DNA of 63,866 nucleotides from Octopus bimaculoides (Eukaryota), in the NCBI RefSeq assembly GCF_001194135.2, contig NC_068981.1:130006499-130070364 (forward strand). Direction: 5' to 3'. The first letter of the stretch is position 1; each line of letters starts with the position of its first letter. The notes under the pieces are model-generated. The model saw only the letters and a program-made list of their open reading frames with translations. It was not told the origin of the DNA and did not search any database. Below are positions 1-14,524 of this stretch, piece after piece. A program made the position numbers and the translations under genes.

Positions 1-219
1 GAAGTTTCTATAAAACTAATGTTTAAACAGTGAATAGCTATGGGGATCCACCAGAATGAAATAGTAATCAAATGGATCCATAAAAAATGGTTGAAAACCC
101 CAAATGTAGAGTGAATCAACACAAAAAAAAAGATATTTTTCATGATTACTTCAATTATATATTTTTCTTCTAATTTTAGAAACAGAAAAAAAAAAAAAAG
201 GTAAAACTGAGTGGGTTTT

Positions 220-500
220 GTCCTATTTCGCGACCCAGGGAATTTCTGAATGGCACGACTAACGAAAAATTACCTTGAATTTATTTTTAGTAGTGCGGCC
301 CGCCTGAAAATGTGCCATGTCTCATGCCTACTTTCCGAAAAAGGCTATCCGTGTCTTCCCAAGGAAGTCAATAAAGCAAAGTCTGTAGATCAAGCGGAAG
401 GGATAGAAAGGAGATACAGTTGACGGTAGTTTAAGAAGAGCACGTTTGTATTTATGTTGTTTCGATTCCTGGATGCTGTCATTTTAATGATACTTTTTAT
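220..500. promoter_or_regulatory. CpG-enriched putative promoter region upstream of DCAF11
   Basis: Local excess of CG dinucleotides (ttcgcgaccc, gcggcccgcc) against a very AT-rich background, 400-650 nt upstream of the first ATG; positional inference only. Confidence 0.35.
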
Positions 501-897
501 GAAAACATTTCATTCATGCACCTCACTTTCCCTTCTTTCCTGATACCAAATGTAATCAAATGAGTAACTAGTGTATCAGAGCGGATGTGATGTCATAAGT
601 GCTCAGCACTTAGCATGGAATAAGTTAAATAATCTAATAAGTATATAATAACCCTAAATAACCAAAGAAACATCTTTTAAAAAAATTCTTGAAATATTCC
701 AGCGTATACATTATGAAATGATCGGGAGGAAATTTTATATTTCCAATTAATAAACAAAATATATATACTCGGCACGGTGATCTGCACGGTTAGTTCAGCT
801 GAAAATATGGTGTGATCATCAGAAAGTTGATTTAATGAACTTTCTTCAAGTGATTACCTAATGATACAGTATTTGTTTTTTAAAAAGCTTTGCCAGC

Positions 898-992
898 ATG
901 AGTAAATCGAGTGGAAATACTTCGTCCGGATCGAGAGATAACGACGAAAGACAGGCGAATTCGCTGAATCATCCTCTTATTCTTGCCACAAG
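898..992 (+). CDS. DCAF11: DCAF11 coding exon 1 (MSKSSGNTSSGSRDNDERQANSLNHPLILAT), ends phase 2
   Basis: ATG at 898, open frame, AG|gtaaac donor. The Ser/Gly-rich start resembles the human N-terminus (MGSRNSSSAG). Phase fits exon 2. Confidence 0.6.
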
Positions 993-3900
993 GTAAACAA
1001 ATGCACATTTACTCGTTTCAAGATATGTAATAACATAGCATGTCCTATCAAGTATTAATCTACTCATCTGAAACCATACATTTGCTCAAACTTTCATAAA
1101 TGAGGACTAGCAACCTTTAGTCGTAACTTTAAACGTAATTCATGGATCCAGTGCTAAGTCGTCCTTGACTTCCCTGTTGCTGGTCAGAATCATTTGTTTA
1201 GTAAATAAAAGTGAAAGGCTTCTGAAAAATGGCATCTTCTCTCTCCAAGCCAATTTATTCCACTCTTCTGCCCTTGTAAACAGATTTATTCCATTTTAAA
1301 ACTGTTTATAACAATACAGCTAATCTACTTTTGCAAATATTTGAAAGGTTTGATTACATAAACAACAGGACCTGCATTCAGCTAACTGTACCCGATAAAA
1401 AGAAATCGTTGTAAATCTCTTTACAGCCATTCTCTAAAAAATATCTGTTCCAGGTCATCTCTGATCAAGAGCACGAATGTAGTCGGCCGACAGAAGCTGT
1501 ATTTATTTATTATTTTTCCAGCCGTGCGCACTCTTTAACCTAAGCTATTAAGGAAGCTACAGCTTGGGCTGTTTGGTTTCAGATCTTATCTCTCTCCATA
1601 CTCCAAAGAATGTCTTTGTACTTTGATTTATTAATGACACGAACTCTGCAATTATGCAACAACAACAATACACACACACACAGAGTTAATTACTCAGAGA
1701 CGCCGTCTGCATGGAATAATAGTTAAAATATACTAACACTAACTTACATAAGTTTTTGTTTGGTTCTCTACATTGCTCACACCATTTAACCCTATACGTT
1801 AATAGGTTGTTATTGAATAAATCCAATTGTTTGGACATATGATCTAAAGGTATATCGCCCGCTATTATCCCGTCATTTAATTTTCCAGACAATAGATTAT
1901 ATTAGTCATAGTGTCATTCACTTTTCTTAAGACATCAGCCTGTGATGCGAGAGAAATTTGGCTGCTATTTCTAGCGGGTTGAGGCTCCCTAGTAGGTTCG
2001 TGTCAAATGTACGCTTATGTGTGGAAACAATGAAGCTGTCATTTGAATTTATACACAAAAATTTCCTAGGGTTGTAAACCAGAACTTTTTCCATTTAGTC
2101 CTCCTTTTTTTTCTCAGTCTTAGTCTCATACGAACATTGTGTGTGTTTCTGTTGTCTTTATACTTGTATTTATATTTTTAATTGGCAGCAATCTTTCGCA
2201 GGTCGGTTCCATTACTTAAAGCCTTTTATATTTTCCCAAACGCAACTCTTATTGACTTGTATTAAGACACTTATGCCTATTGAACAAATGTTTATTATAT
2301 ATGTAGTTATTAGTTAAGTACATATATATTTATGTATTTCAATGTTAAAAGCAAGTAGCTTCTTTCGTATGGAGCTATCATAATTATCAAAATCCATCTG
2401 TACTAGGCCAACATTGAAAAAGTGGGGCTAATGTCACCTCTTGAAAAATGCATCTTTTTGAAAAACGTTTTTGGGATTCCTACGTTCTAGATGTTGGAGA
2501 TTCAGGCCATAGGATACATTATTTTCCTCTTTAAGCTAATACAATGTATGAATAAACAAGTATGTAAAATGAATCTCTTAATGATTTTCAAACAGTAATC
2601 TGATTCTGTTATGATATCTATATATAGTACCTTTAGAGCTGCCTCTAGATTGTCTGACTTTAAAACATACTAACATATTACAAGTTTTGGATTTGGATAA
2701 AAGTAAATTAACAATGGGTGACATAGTAAGATATGTAATTTGGAGATGATATCAATGGTAAAGGTTTGAAAAGTCACTGATCTATTGAATCCAAATCTTG
2801 TCCTGTAACTAATACAATTTGTTTTCATTGTAGAGGTAGAAGACATAGAGCTGTTCGTCACTCATCCAGGAGAGAGAAAAAAGAAGTAGATGAACCCAAA
2901 GGTAATTATTTCATTACATTTTAGTTTTAATTTAACCCAAGCACAGTGATTTATTTGTAATATGATTTGTAACAGATTTTTGTGGAAGGTGTGATCAATT
3001 ATGTCAACTCTAGTTCTCACAAGCATGTATTTCATTGATCTTGGAAGGCTACAAAGCAAAATAAACTGCAGTAGGATTTGATCTCAAAATGTTGGCAATA
3101 AAATAGACTTCATTTGGTCTGGCAACTTAGAAATAACTCCCATGATTCCACTTAGAAATGAATCACTTATGTTTATTATTCTGCACATATTTATAAGGGT
3201 GTCTATTTGGTGTGTGTGTCACTAAATCATTTATATATTTTTATGTAGTTCAAACAATGATTTGCATAATTATTCTTAATATGTTTTGGCAGATTTGAAT
3301 GCAAACTGTTAATCACTGGTGACATGTAAAAGGCACCCTTTCTGGTGACACGTAAAAGACACCCACTACATTCTGTGGAGTGGTTGGAACTTAGGAAAGG
3401 CATCCAGCTATAGAAACCAAGCCAAAACAAGACGAGCCTGGTGCAGCCCTCTTGTTTACCAGTTCCAATCGAACTATCTTATCCATGCCAGCATGGAAAA
3501 CAAACACTAAATGATGATGGTGGTGAAGCATACATCACAGGAGAAAAACTTATTTTTACAATGGTGTGTTCATAGTGCACTTAACTCATTGCTATGAGGG
3601 ATTCTGGGACACTGGTTTTTCCCATGATGCTGTGTCTCATCAGCTAGAAGCTCTCCAGACTTTTGACTCTAAACAAGAGCTGATGATTTTTGTTTATAAT
3701 TTCAGCAAACAAACTGCTGATTGGTGATGATATCTACCAACTAAAAATAAATCACTGTTTACACTATGAACAGCAAGGTCTGATATAATGACTTGCATAT
3801 TTCATTCTTATTACATTCCAGCAAATTTGAATGCAAAATATGCCAATTACTGTTGTGTATGTCACAGGAAAACAACTTCTTTATTTTATGAGTGTGTTCA

Positions 3901-4899
3901 TAACACATTGACTTATTGGTGCAATGGATACTGGAACATCAGTGTTTCAACAGGTTGTGTCTTGTAAACCAGAAACAACCCAGACCTTTTTGTCGAAACA
4001 AGAATCCTATTTTCTAACATAATATTCAAGTTTATCTTGTTATTAGGACCAGCGTATGCAGTTTCCCTCCTTACAGTTTGCCAGTATTTATGTTTTGGAA
4101 TTCATGATTTTAGAATTCCCCAAAAATACCAATTTCAGGAGAGTAATAAATCAATTACATCGAACTTAGTGCTCTACTGGTACTTAATTTATTAACTGTG
4201 AAAAGATGAAAGGCAAAATTGATCTTAGTGGAATTTGAACTCAGAACATAATGACAGCATTTTGCCTAGTGTGCTAATGATTCTGCCAGCTTGCTGCCTT
4301 CAGAAGTACCAATATTGATTTCAATGAATACCTTTCTCTCTACTTTTTTCCAGCTAGTCTCTCAACGAGTTAAATTTTCATCTACATATAAATAAGCTTT
4401 CTCTTTATCTAAAGACAATGTACTAAGTTTTATCTCCAAGTTAAACACTAGCATCCAAGAAGACTAGTGGTGGTTTATTTTGGGGCAAAAGTTTGTCCAA
4501 CAAAGTTTTTAAAGATGGGAACTATTAATAAAGTGTGAAGAAAGTTTTAATGTCCTATGTTGGGACCAGAGTTCTGAGAAATGATATTGGTAAAACGAAA
4601 TTAAGAGCTAATCAAATCATAAAAATTTGATTATGAGAAAGGGTGAGTGAATGGAAGAGAGAGAGAGAGAGAGAGAGCAAGAGCAAGAGGGAGGAAAAAT
4701 GGAAACAACTGCTTCGATAAACCAAACTCTTTATTTGATGTTAATATTTTATATTGTAATCTTTCTTATTCCCAAATTACATGTGTACTTATATTTTTAT
4801 TATTTTCTATTCTAGCTGACCAAGCTCCGAAATCAACAGTTCATGTAAGCATGATTGATGTTTGGGGAATGTCATGAAGGTAACACCCTTGTAACGTTT

Positions 4900-4946
<47 letters not shown>

Positions 4947-7900
4947 GTTTATGTATAACCCACAGCATATTGATACTCTAGCTATAAATATTTGGCTTTC
5001 AACCTTGTACTGTTGTGTAAAATTCTGAGTGCTTGTCAACAATTTTTTCTTTAATATTTTAACAAGTAAATCTCAGTTTCTTTACTAAAGCAGCTTAATG
5101 AATCTTCAATGAAAGACAAAGCTAGTTGGGGAATTGAGGCCAAAAGAGTTGTGGTTTCGGAAAGAAAAAATAGAATACTGCTTTCTGTGAAGCCTGGAGT
5201 TTGTGGATCGATTGTATAAAACCAAACCAAACGTGTTGAATTGTCCACTGAGTAAAAGGTTTTGGTTTCTGCACCAGATGTTGTGAAGATGTTCCGTGAA
5301 TTGGTTAGCTACATTCTCTAGAAATTTATTTTATCTCCATTACCATTTAATGTCCATCTTCCATGCTGGCATGGGTTGGATGGTTTAACAGTATCTAGTA
5401 AGCCAAAAGACTACATCAAGCTCCAGTGTCTGCTTTGGCATGGTTTCTACAGCTGCTTGCCCTTCCAAATGCCAACCACTTCACTGAGTGAACTGGGTTC
5501 TCTTTGTATGGTACCGGCACTAGTGAGGTTGCCTTGTAACTCACATATCAAGACCCCTTGACTGAGTCAGGGTGCAATATTGAGGGACATGGCTTTGTGT
5601 CAGGTGTTGAGACATTAAAGTGTGATAGAGGGACAGGAACAAGTGTCATGCCGCTATGGAGATACATGGCTACTTCAGCTGGAAGAGGTGAAAAGATGGT
5701 AGTGATGAGGTGTCAAGACATATCCTCAAGGGTCAAGAAGGTGAATATAAAAGAGAATAGAGACAAGATTGGGAAGGGTGGGTGGGTAAGTTCATGAGAG
5801 TATGATAGGTGTATGACATCAGCATCATCATCATCATGAGTTGTAGGGAAGGTTTTGTCATCTCCTCTATGAGGGCCAACATCCTAAGGTTGGTTTTCAC
5901 TACTCTGTCTCATGTCTTCCTGGGTCCCTGCTTTATTGCATATCTTCCACAGATTCCATCCATATATTTTGCAACTGAAACATCTTTATGCAGCTGTCCT
6001 CATTCATATGCATCACACGATCATATCAACAGTTTTCACTCTTGCATACTGTATCTAATGCATTTTATGCCCAGATTTTCTCTCAACTCCTTTGCATTTT
6101 GTTGAACATACACATTGAGGTTGCACATCCAACAGAACATACTAGTTTCATTTCTTTCATGTCTTCACATGTGCTCTGCATTCACAGCCCTTGCTGTTTG
6201 TATGCAAACATCATACAATATTGCCTTTCATTCTGAGGGAGAGGCCTTTTATTAACAACAGGGGTAATAACCCTCTGAACTTTTTCCAGGGGACATTATA
6301 TTATTTTTAATATCATATAAAAGCACCTGTGCAGCACCACGTAAAAACACCTGTATGGTGCCACATAAAAGCGTCCAGCACACTCTGGTTGGTGTTAGGA
6401 AGGGCATCCAGCCATAGAAACCATGCCAAATTAGACTGGAGCCTGGTGCAGCTCTCTACTTTGCCAGCTCTGGTCAAACTGTCCAATCCATGCCAGCATG
6501 GACAATAAATGTTGAATAATGATGATGATGATAGTTTTATAGAGATCATAGAGATGTTAGAGTGGAGTTATGTCCATGTGTGCTGTGTACAAATATATAC
6601 AAAATGTAGCATGAAAGTGATCCTTCACTAGATACCTTAAGTGTAAGGAACACAGGTACAAATTCTTTTAGATGAATAAAAGCTCTGGATTGGGTGGAAT
6701 AGGCATACTATTAACAGAGAAATAGATAGATATGGTAATTGAATTAGAAGGAGTGGTTGTGTGGTAAGTAGCTTGGTAAGTACCAACCACATGGTTCTGG
6801 GTTCGGTCTCACTGCATTGCACCTTGGCAAGTGTCTTCTACTATAGCCTCGGGCCAACCAAAGCCTTGTGAGTGGATTGGTAGACGGAAACTGAAATAAG
6901 CCCGTCGTATATATGTATATGTATATATATTTGTGTGTCTGTGTTTGTCCCCCCAACATTGCTTGACAACTGATGCTGGTGTGTTTACATCCCCCGTAAC
7001 TTAGTGGTTCGGCTAAAGAGACTGATAGAATAAGTACTAGGCTTACAAAGAATAAGTCCTGGGGGTCGATTTGCTCGACTAAAGGCGGTGCTCCAGCATG
7101 GCCGCAGTCAAATGACTGAAACAAGTAAAAGAGATTAATTATGCTTAAGTTAGTTATAGGCTGCAGTGATTTCTGCATGTGTGTTACAATCAGGTATGAC
7201 AGATGTACGAAAGAACCAGTTCTATGAAGTCCTCTTGTGGACTACCTCCGTGACTAATGACAATGACCTTGTTGTCACTTCTAAGGAGGTCAGTGGACAC
7301 TGGGAAACATCCACAACAGCCAAAGTCTCCATGTACTCAAGTGTACATGAAGGCTATTGTATAAGGAATGAAGAAGAATCAAGGGTGCTGGAGTTTTGTG
7401 ATACAACTCTGATCTAACCATTTGTAACTCATCATCGTCATCATTGTGTAACGTCCACTCTCCATGCTGGCACAAGTGGGATGATTTGACATAGAGCTGG
7501 CTAGCAGGGAGTTGTTCAGACTCCAGCTATCAGTTGTGGCACGGTTTCTGTGGCTTGATGTCCTTCTTAATACCAACCACTTAGCAGTGTGTGCTGGGTG
7601 CTTTTTACATGCCTCTGGCATGGGTGCATTTACACAGCACTAGCATTTACACAGCACCATTTACACAGCACTAGCATTAACACAGCACCAGTATGGGTGC
7701 TTTTTAAGTGGCACCAGCACCCAAAAGGACAAGCCTGTATGTGTGGAATACAGTGATTTTTCTTAGCTTGACATGTCTTATAAGTATAGCAAATCACATC
7801 TCCCAGTCCCTTGTCATTTCCTCAGTGAGGCCCAGCATTTGAAGATCCTTTCTCACCACTTTGTCTCACATCTTCCTGGGTCTACTCTTTCCACAGGTAC

Positions 7901-10805
7901 CTTCCACAATTAGAGCTCAGCACTTCTTTATGCAGTTGTCCTCCTGAAAACCAGTTACAGATCTTTTTATTTACTACTCATGTGAACATGCAAATAGAAA
8001 GATTTCATGCTTATTAGGAAACAGAATAGACAGCTGGCTGTGTTTCTAGATTTTTCCCCTATGAAGAAAGTAGCACTTGAGATAGACTAATGGTCAATGA
8101 CTCCTTAAGGTTAGAACAGAATAGACACAGAAATGAGAAAAACTGAAAGTGGATGATATGAAATCTAAAAGATCCTTTAGTCATACATAGATTCAAAGAA
8201 GTAACAGGTAAAACTTCTGAGTGAAGTAAGAGAGATAGATACATACGACAACTGGGAGTTTTTTCAGAGACAATCTGCTAAGAGCCATAGACCAGAACTG
8301 AGAATGGAGAAAGGGTCCCAGCCAGGTGGAAGGTGACATGGTGGTAGAATGGTAGAGAAGGTAGTCATAAAGGTCAAAACATATGTCTAAGAAGAAGGGG
8401 CAAGGTAGAAGATGAGTAGAAGGGGCAAGGAATAGTATCATGTAGATCGAAGAGAAGTTAGACATCAGGTATTTTTAACAAAGAGAGGAGATGTAAGTGA
8501 GAGGTCTGACAATGTTCTGTTGCAAGAGGATCAGACAGAGGTATGATGTTTTTCAGATTGCAAAGCTGAATCAGGATATCGTTGGTGAAAAGTATGTTTG
8601 AAATGTGAGTGGTACCTTGCTTAGGCAAAAAGAGATCTAACAGTCTAAAACCTGCTTCGTTCATGAATGACCATGGGATTGCACTTAGAAAAGTTCCCTT
8701 CCGAGGCATAGTCCAGGCAAGGTTATTTATGGAAGACCAACAGTCGCCCATGCATACCAATATTGTCCAAGGGAAAGGCAGAAGTTGATACAGCTTTGCA
8801 CCAGTGATGTAGCAGCTCATTTCTACAGCTGAGTGAACTGGAGTAACGTGAAATAGTGTCTTGCTCAAGAGCACAACACACAGCTCAGTCCGGGAATTGA
8901 ACTCACTACCTCATGATTGTGAGCCTGACGCTCTAATCACTGAGCCATTCGCCTTTGCAAAAAGAAATACAGCCCAGCTAATTAGGAAAAGGATTAGATT
9001 ATATTAGATGTTATACAAATTTGTGCCAAAATGAAGAGAGTTATTAATGAATTGTTTAAGAAATTTAATTGCAGCTAGTTGTCCATCAGAGCTCCTTTCT
9101 CAGCTCCTGCTTGGTTATCATAGTTTTTCTGGCCATGAGAGAAGAGTTTAAGACCAGATGAATTAGTTCTGACAACTGAATCTGTCAAAGAACTAAGGAA
9201 GGAATTCTGAATGTGAAAGCAAAGTCATCATCATCACTTAGCATCTGTTTTCCATGCTGGTATGGATTAGATGGTCTGACTGGAACTGGTAAGCCAGAGA
9301 ACTGCACTAGGTTCCAGTCTAATTTGACTGTGTTCTACAGATGGATGCCCTTCCTAATGCCAAGCACTCCATAGAGTGTACCAATTGTCTTTTACATGCC
9401 ACCAGCACAGGTGCCTTTTGTGTCACTGGCACTGGCCACAATTATGATTTCACTTGACTTGACGAAAAGTCCTCAAGGTTTACCTATCAAAGACATAAGT
9501 TTTGGCTTGCCAGAAATATGACAGCACTTTAATACCATCTCATAAGTAGCCATATTCTACTTGCTTCAGTCATTAAACTGTGGCCATGCTGGAGTACTGT
9601 CTTGAAGGCTTTTTAGTCAAATGAATCGACCCTGGTACTTATTTTCTTGTTGTTACGCCTGGTACTTATTCCATTGGTCTCATTTACCAAACCACTAAGT
9701 TACAGGTGCGCAAACACATCAACACTGGTTGTCAAGTGGTGGTGGGAAACAAACACAAAAACACCCACACATAGACATATATATATGACAGCCTTCTTTC
9801 AGTTTCCATCTACCAAATCTACTTGCAAGTTTTTGCTTGACCTGAGGCTACAGTAGAAGACACATGCCCAAGGTGCCACGCAGTGGAACTGAATCTTTTT
9901 CAATATGCATGAGGGACTGGTAGGAATTCTATACATTGTCTTTGATATAAACTATGGGTGCATAAATAATGCAATAATATCACAGGCAGGCTGAGAGAAA
10001 AGAAGCACCTCATATGTAGCAGATGCATAGGAGTAATTAGCAGTAATAGCAACCATTAAATGAATTCATTTAAATGGCTGGATGTCTCCCTAGAAGTAGT
10101 TGTTTACTTCAATTTCCTAACTAGCAATGGTGGTGGGTGTTTTCAAAGTCTAGTAGCCAGAGTAAAAATGGGGATGAGGAAAAAATTAGGACAGATTGCA
10201 TGATGTTTATGCATGAAGTGTGATAACACATGATGGCAAAACCTGGCATTGAATGTGGATATGAGTGAAGGCTAGAAAGAAATAAGATGAGCATGTTTCA
10301 CTGGACATTTAATATTGGCTTCAAATGTTGGCACAAGAACAGCAATTTCAGGGGAGGGAGTAAGTTGATTACATCAACCCCAGTGTTCAGTTGGTACTTA
10401 TTTTATTAACCTCCAAAAGGATGAAAGGCAAAGTTGACCTCAGTAGAATTTGAACTCAGAATGTAAAGATGAATGAAATGCTGTTAAACAATTTGTCTGG
10501 CTTGCTAACGATTCAGCCAGCTTGCTGCTTCACACTGGATATATAATATAAGTTGCTAAGAGAAAACAGGTGAATATAAGAAGAATCATGTAATGTGCAT
10601 GGAGCATGATAGTTGATTAAGAAGTGCCAAATGATTTGAGCAGAAGGCACCTATGAAAAATGAGCAAGTGTGAAAGTTGACCTTAGAATACTAAACTTCA
10701 AGAAGGAAATGATGATGGACCACAGCAAGTGGTCAGCTGGAGGAGACTCCTTTGTCTCATATGAACATAGGAAAACAGACATGATAATGATTATGTATGA
10801 ATGTG

Positions 10806-10857
<52 letters not shown>

Positions 10858-13800
10858 NNNNNNNNNNTATGTATATATACAAGGTGGTATCAAAAAGTTC
10901 CAGGACTAGTTATGTTTAATAAAAAATAAGTTATTTACCTAAGGTTTAACATCATCTCCTTTGAAATAGTCACCACAGCAATACACTGGTATCAACGTTA
11001 CTGCCTCTTTTAGAATCTGGCCTGGATGTCATTTTCCATAAGTGATATTTGCTCTGGATCTTGGCAACAATATTAAAACACCAACCTTTGAATGACATTT
11101 TCCTCTTGGAGAAGAGATGGCAGTCCATAGGTGCTAAATCTAGTGAATAGGGCAGGTGCAGAAGTGATATCATGTTTTTGGTGAGAAACTCGCAAGTGAA
11201 GAGAGCTCGGTGACAAGGTGCATTATCATCCTGAAGAATTCAATTCTTTGCGCTCCACAGATCTGATCATCTTAGCTGAATATCTTTCCCCAAAAACTTC
11301 AAAATATTGCTGTAGAACTCTTGATTGACTGTCTGACCCTGAGGAACAAATTCTCAATGCACAATACCACTTTTCAGTACTTTACATAGTGTACTGAATG
11401 TTTTTTTGTTTTATTATAGCACTGACATTAATGAGGTCACCAAGTAATTTGCAAGACCCCTCAACTGAGTTGGTACAATATTGAGGGAGATGCCTTTATG
11501 TCAGGTGTTGAGAGATTAAAGTATCATAGAGGGACTAGAACAGGTGTCTTGCTAAAGATGGATAGAGAGAATAGTGAGGGTATACCCTCAAGGTACAAGA
11601 ACATAAGCAAGAGAAAGGGACAGAGGAACAGAAAAGCTGGGTAGGAAGGTTAGTTTGTGAAGGTGTGAAAGGAGGCTGACAGATGGTTAGAGGTGGTGAT
11701 ATAGATGGATGCAGTGAATGCGGTACACAGGTGGAGACATGGTCAATGATGCATATCAATTTGGTGGGGGAATGAAGGAAATTGAGGTGAGTTGGAGAGG
11801 AGAAGGTGATAAATGAAAGTAATAGGAAGACGAGAATTTGAAAGATTGGGAGATAAATGGTATATATGTATACATATATATTTGTGGTGGCTGCAACTCG
11901 ATTTCAAGTAAAGTCACAGTTTCAACATGTGCAACATAGATGTTGTTTTTCATTCCTGTTAGGGACTTACAATCTTTTGTGCATAGATGTAGCAACATTG
12001 AGTGCCCCTTGCTGGAGGTGTCAAAGTTTTATTTTGGTGAACCTTCATATGACATTTCAGTCAACTTCCTGATGCACATTCTTTTGCACACTCTCTGTGA
12101 GTAGAGATGCCATATAATACATAGTTAACAGCTTCCATGTGTCTGTAGCTGTGTGCATGCACAAGTATGTGTCTGTGAGTGTTTACTTTCTGCATCATCA
12201 TCATTTAATGTCTATGCTCCATGCTGGCATGGGCTGGATGGTTTCACAGGAACTTCTGATGGGTCCAAGGACTGCATCATACTCCAGAATTTGCTTTAGC
12301 ATGGTTTCTATAGCTGGATGCCTTTCCTAATGCCAACCGCTTTACAACATGTACTAGTTGCTTTTTTCAGCACTAGTAAGGTCAGCATGCAGCTCACAAA
12401 GCTACAATACCTGGGTGGGGGTGGGGGAATTTATGCACAGAGATGAGGGGTTAACATATGAAAGGAGAAGAGGGAGGGGCAAACAAGTTCTAGTACAGGA
12501 GCTATTGACTCAGCTTTAGGAGAGAGAGAGTGATAATGGGATTGATCAGTTGGAGCTGCAAGTCCAGATGGCTTGTCAAGGTACAAGGTGAGTAGAAGTG
12601 TGTTGGCACAGAGAAGGTAGGTGGGAGTTTGTAAAAGAATATGAGAGAATAATAGATAGGGGGATGGGAGGCTGGTAACTACTGTAAAGATTGGGTAGGA
12701 TTGAAGGGTGAGTGTAGGGTGTGATGGATGACTAATGATTTGGGGAAGGTAGAGAGATGTAGAAGAGAAGACAAGAGAGAGATAACATGTTTATGCAAGC
12801 TACATACAAGGGTGGGGTAAAAAGGCAAGCATAGTGCATGAAAGAAGATTTGGTGGGCCAGTGGTGAAGAGTGAATCATGTGGGTGAGAACAATAATGGA
12901 TGGAGAATAACTGACAAGTGAAATGGTTCTAGATAGCAAGAAAAAGCAAGTAGGGTGGAGGGTTTGCAATGAGAAAAATGATGGGTGAGGAGGTTGGTTG
13001 GAGGGGATTGGATGAGGTGCATGAACAGGCAAGGATCAGTGACAGAAAGAGTATTCAGTTGTAAAACAATGCCTGAATACTACAAGGTGTTGTGCCAACC
13101 CACGGTAGCATGTAAGAACAGACCTAAAACAAATCAACATTGTCTTTCTGTTTCTCTTTCTCTCTCTCTCTCCTATTCCCTGTCAGCTATAGGGATTCAC
13201 TTAAGCCCTTTAGTCTTAGAGGTTGCAAGGTGACTTCACAAGTTGTTGGCACTCCGTCACTTATGATGTCGAGGGTTCCAGTTGATCCGATCAACGGAAC
13301 AGCCTGCTCATGAAATTAACGTGCAAGTGGCTGAGCACTCCACAGACACGTGTACCTTTAATGTAGTTCTCGGGGATATTCAGCGTGACACAGTGTGACA
13401 AGGCTGGCCCTTTGAATTACAGGTACAACAGAAACAGGAAGTAAGAGTGAGAGAAAGTTGTGGTGAAAGAGTACAGCAGGGTTTGCCACCATCCCCTGTC
13501 GGAGCCTCGTGGAGCTTTAGGTGTTTTCGCTCAATAAACACTCAGAACGCCCAGTCTAGGAATCGAAACTGCGATCCTATGACTGCGAGTCCGCTGCCCT
13601 AACCACTGGGCCATTGCGCCTCCACGACTTCACAAGTACTGTGTCATGAAAAGAAGCACCCAAAACTGTAAAGTGACTGGCATTTGGAGGGACATCTGGC
13701 TTTAGAGATGTCAAAAAGTCATAGGGGTATGACACAATTATCATGATGATGGCATGTAGTATCATTGTCATCATGATGGCATGTGGCTTAGTGATTAGGG

Positions 13801-14072
13801 TATTCAGCTCATGATCATAAGGTCATGAGTTCAATTCCTGGTGGTGTACTGTATCCTTGAGCAAGACATTTCACGTTGCTCCAGTTCACTCAGCTGGCAA
13901 AAGTGAGTAGTACCTGTAATTCAAAGAGCCATCCTTATCACATTCTGTGTCATGCTGAATCTCACTGAGAGCTATGTTAAGGGTACATGTATCTGTAGAG
14001 TGCTCGGCCACTTGCACATTAATTTCATGAGCAGGCTGTTCCATTGATTGGAGTGCCAATCATTACATATTT

Positions 14073-14139
<67 letters not shown>

Positions 14140-14492
14140 ATGGGTGTATATTATTTGACAGGAGTTATATTTAAGGTTACTAATATGCATTTAATCTAAA
14201 CTTACAACCAATCAATCATCTGTTAATGTAGACAGTTTCTGTTTACCGTTGGTTAGGATATTGCTAATGAAATGAAAGAAATAACGTTGCTTAATTATGT
14301 TTGTCTTCTCCCAATCTATTGCAGGACACTCATCTTGGACAACAGATTCTATTGGCTTCTGGCCGAATCCACAAAAATAAAAGCTATTGTGGGCCGACTG
14401 TTTCTCACATGTTGCAAAAGGTAAATTCTTACATATATTTATTCTTTACTGCAGTGGTTCCCAACCTGTGGTCCGCAAACTAAATTCAAAAT

Positions 14493-14524
<32 letters not shown>

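Noticed and set aside
5051-5248. Minus-strand 65-aa ORF with protein-like composition
   Set aside because: No recognisable motif or convincing splice sites; possibly a decayed transposon.
13550-13622. tRNA gene
   Set aside because: It has A/B boxes but no acceptor-stem pairing or terminator, and it continues into a SINE body.
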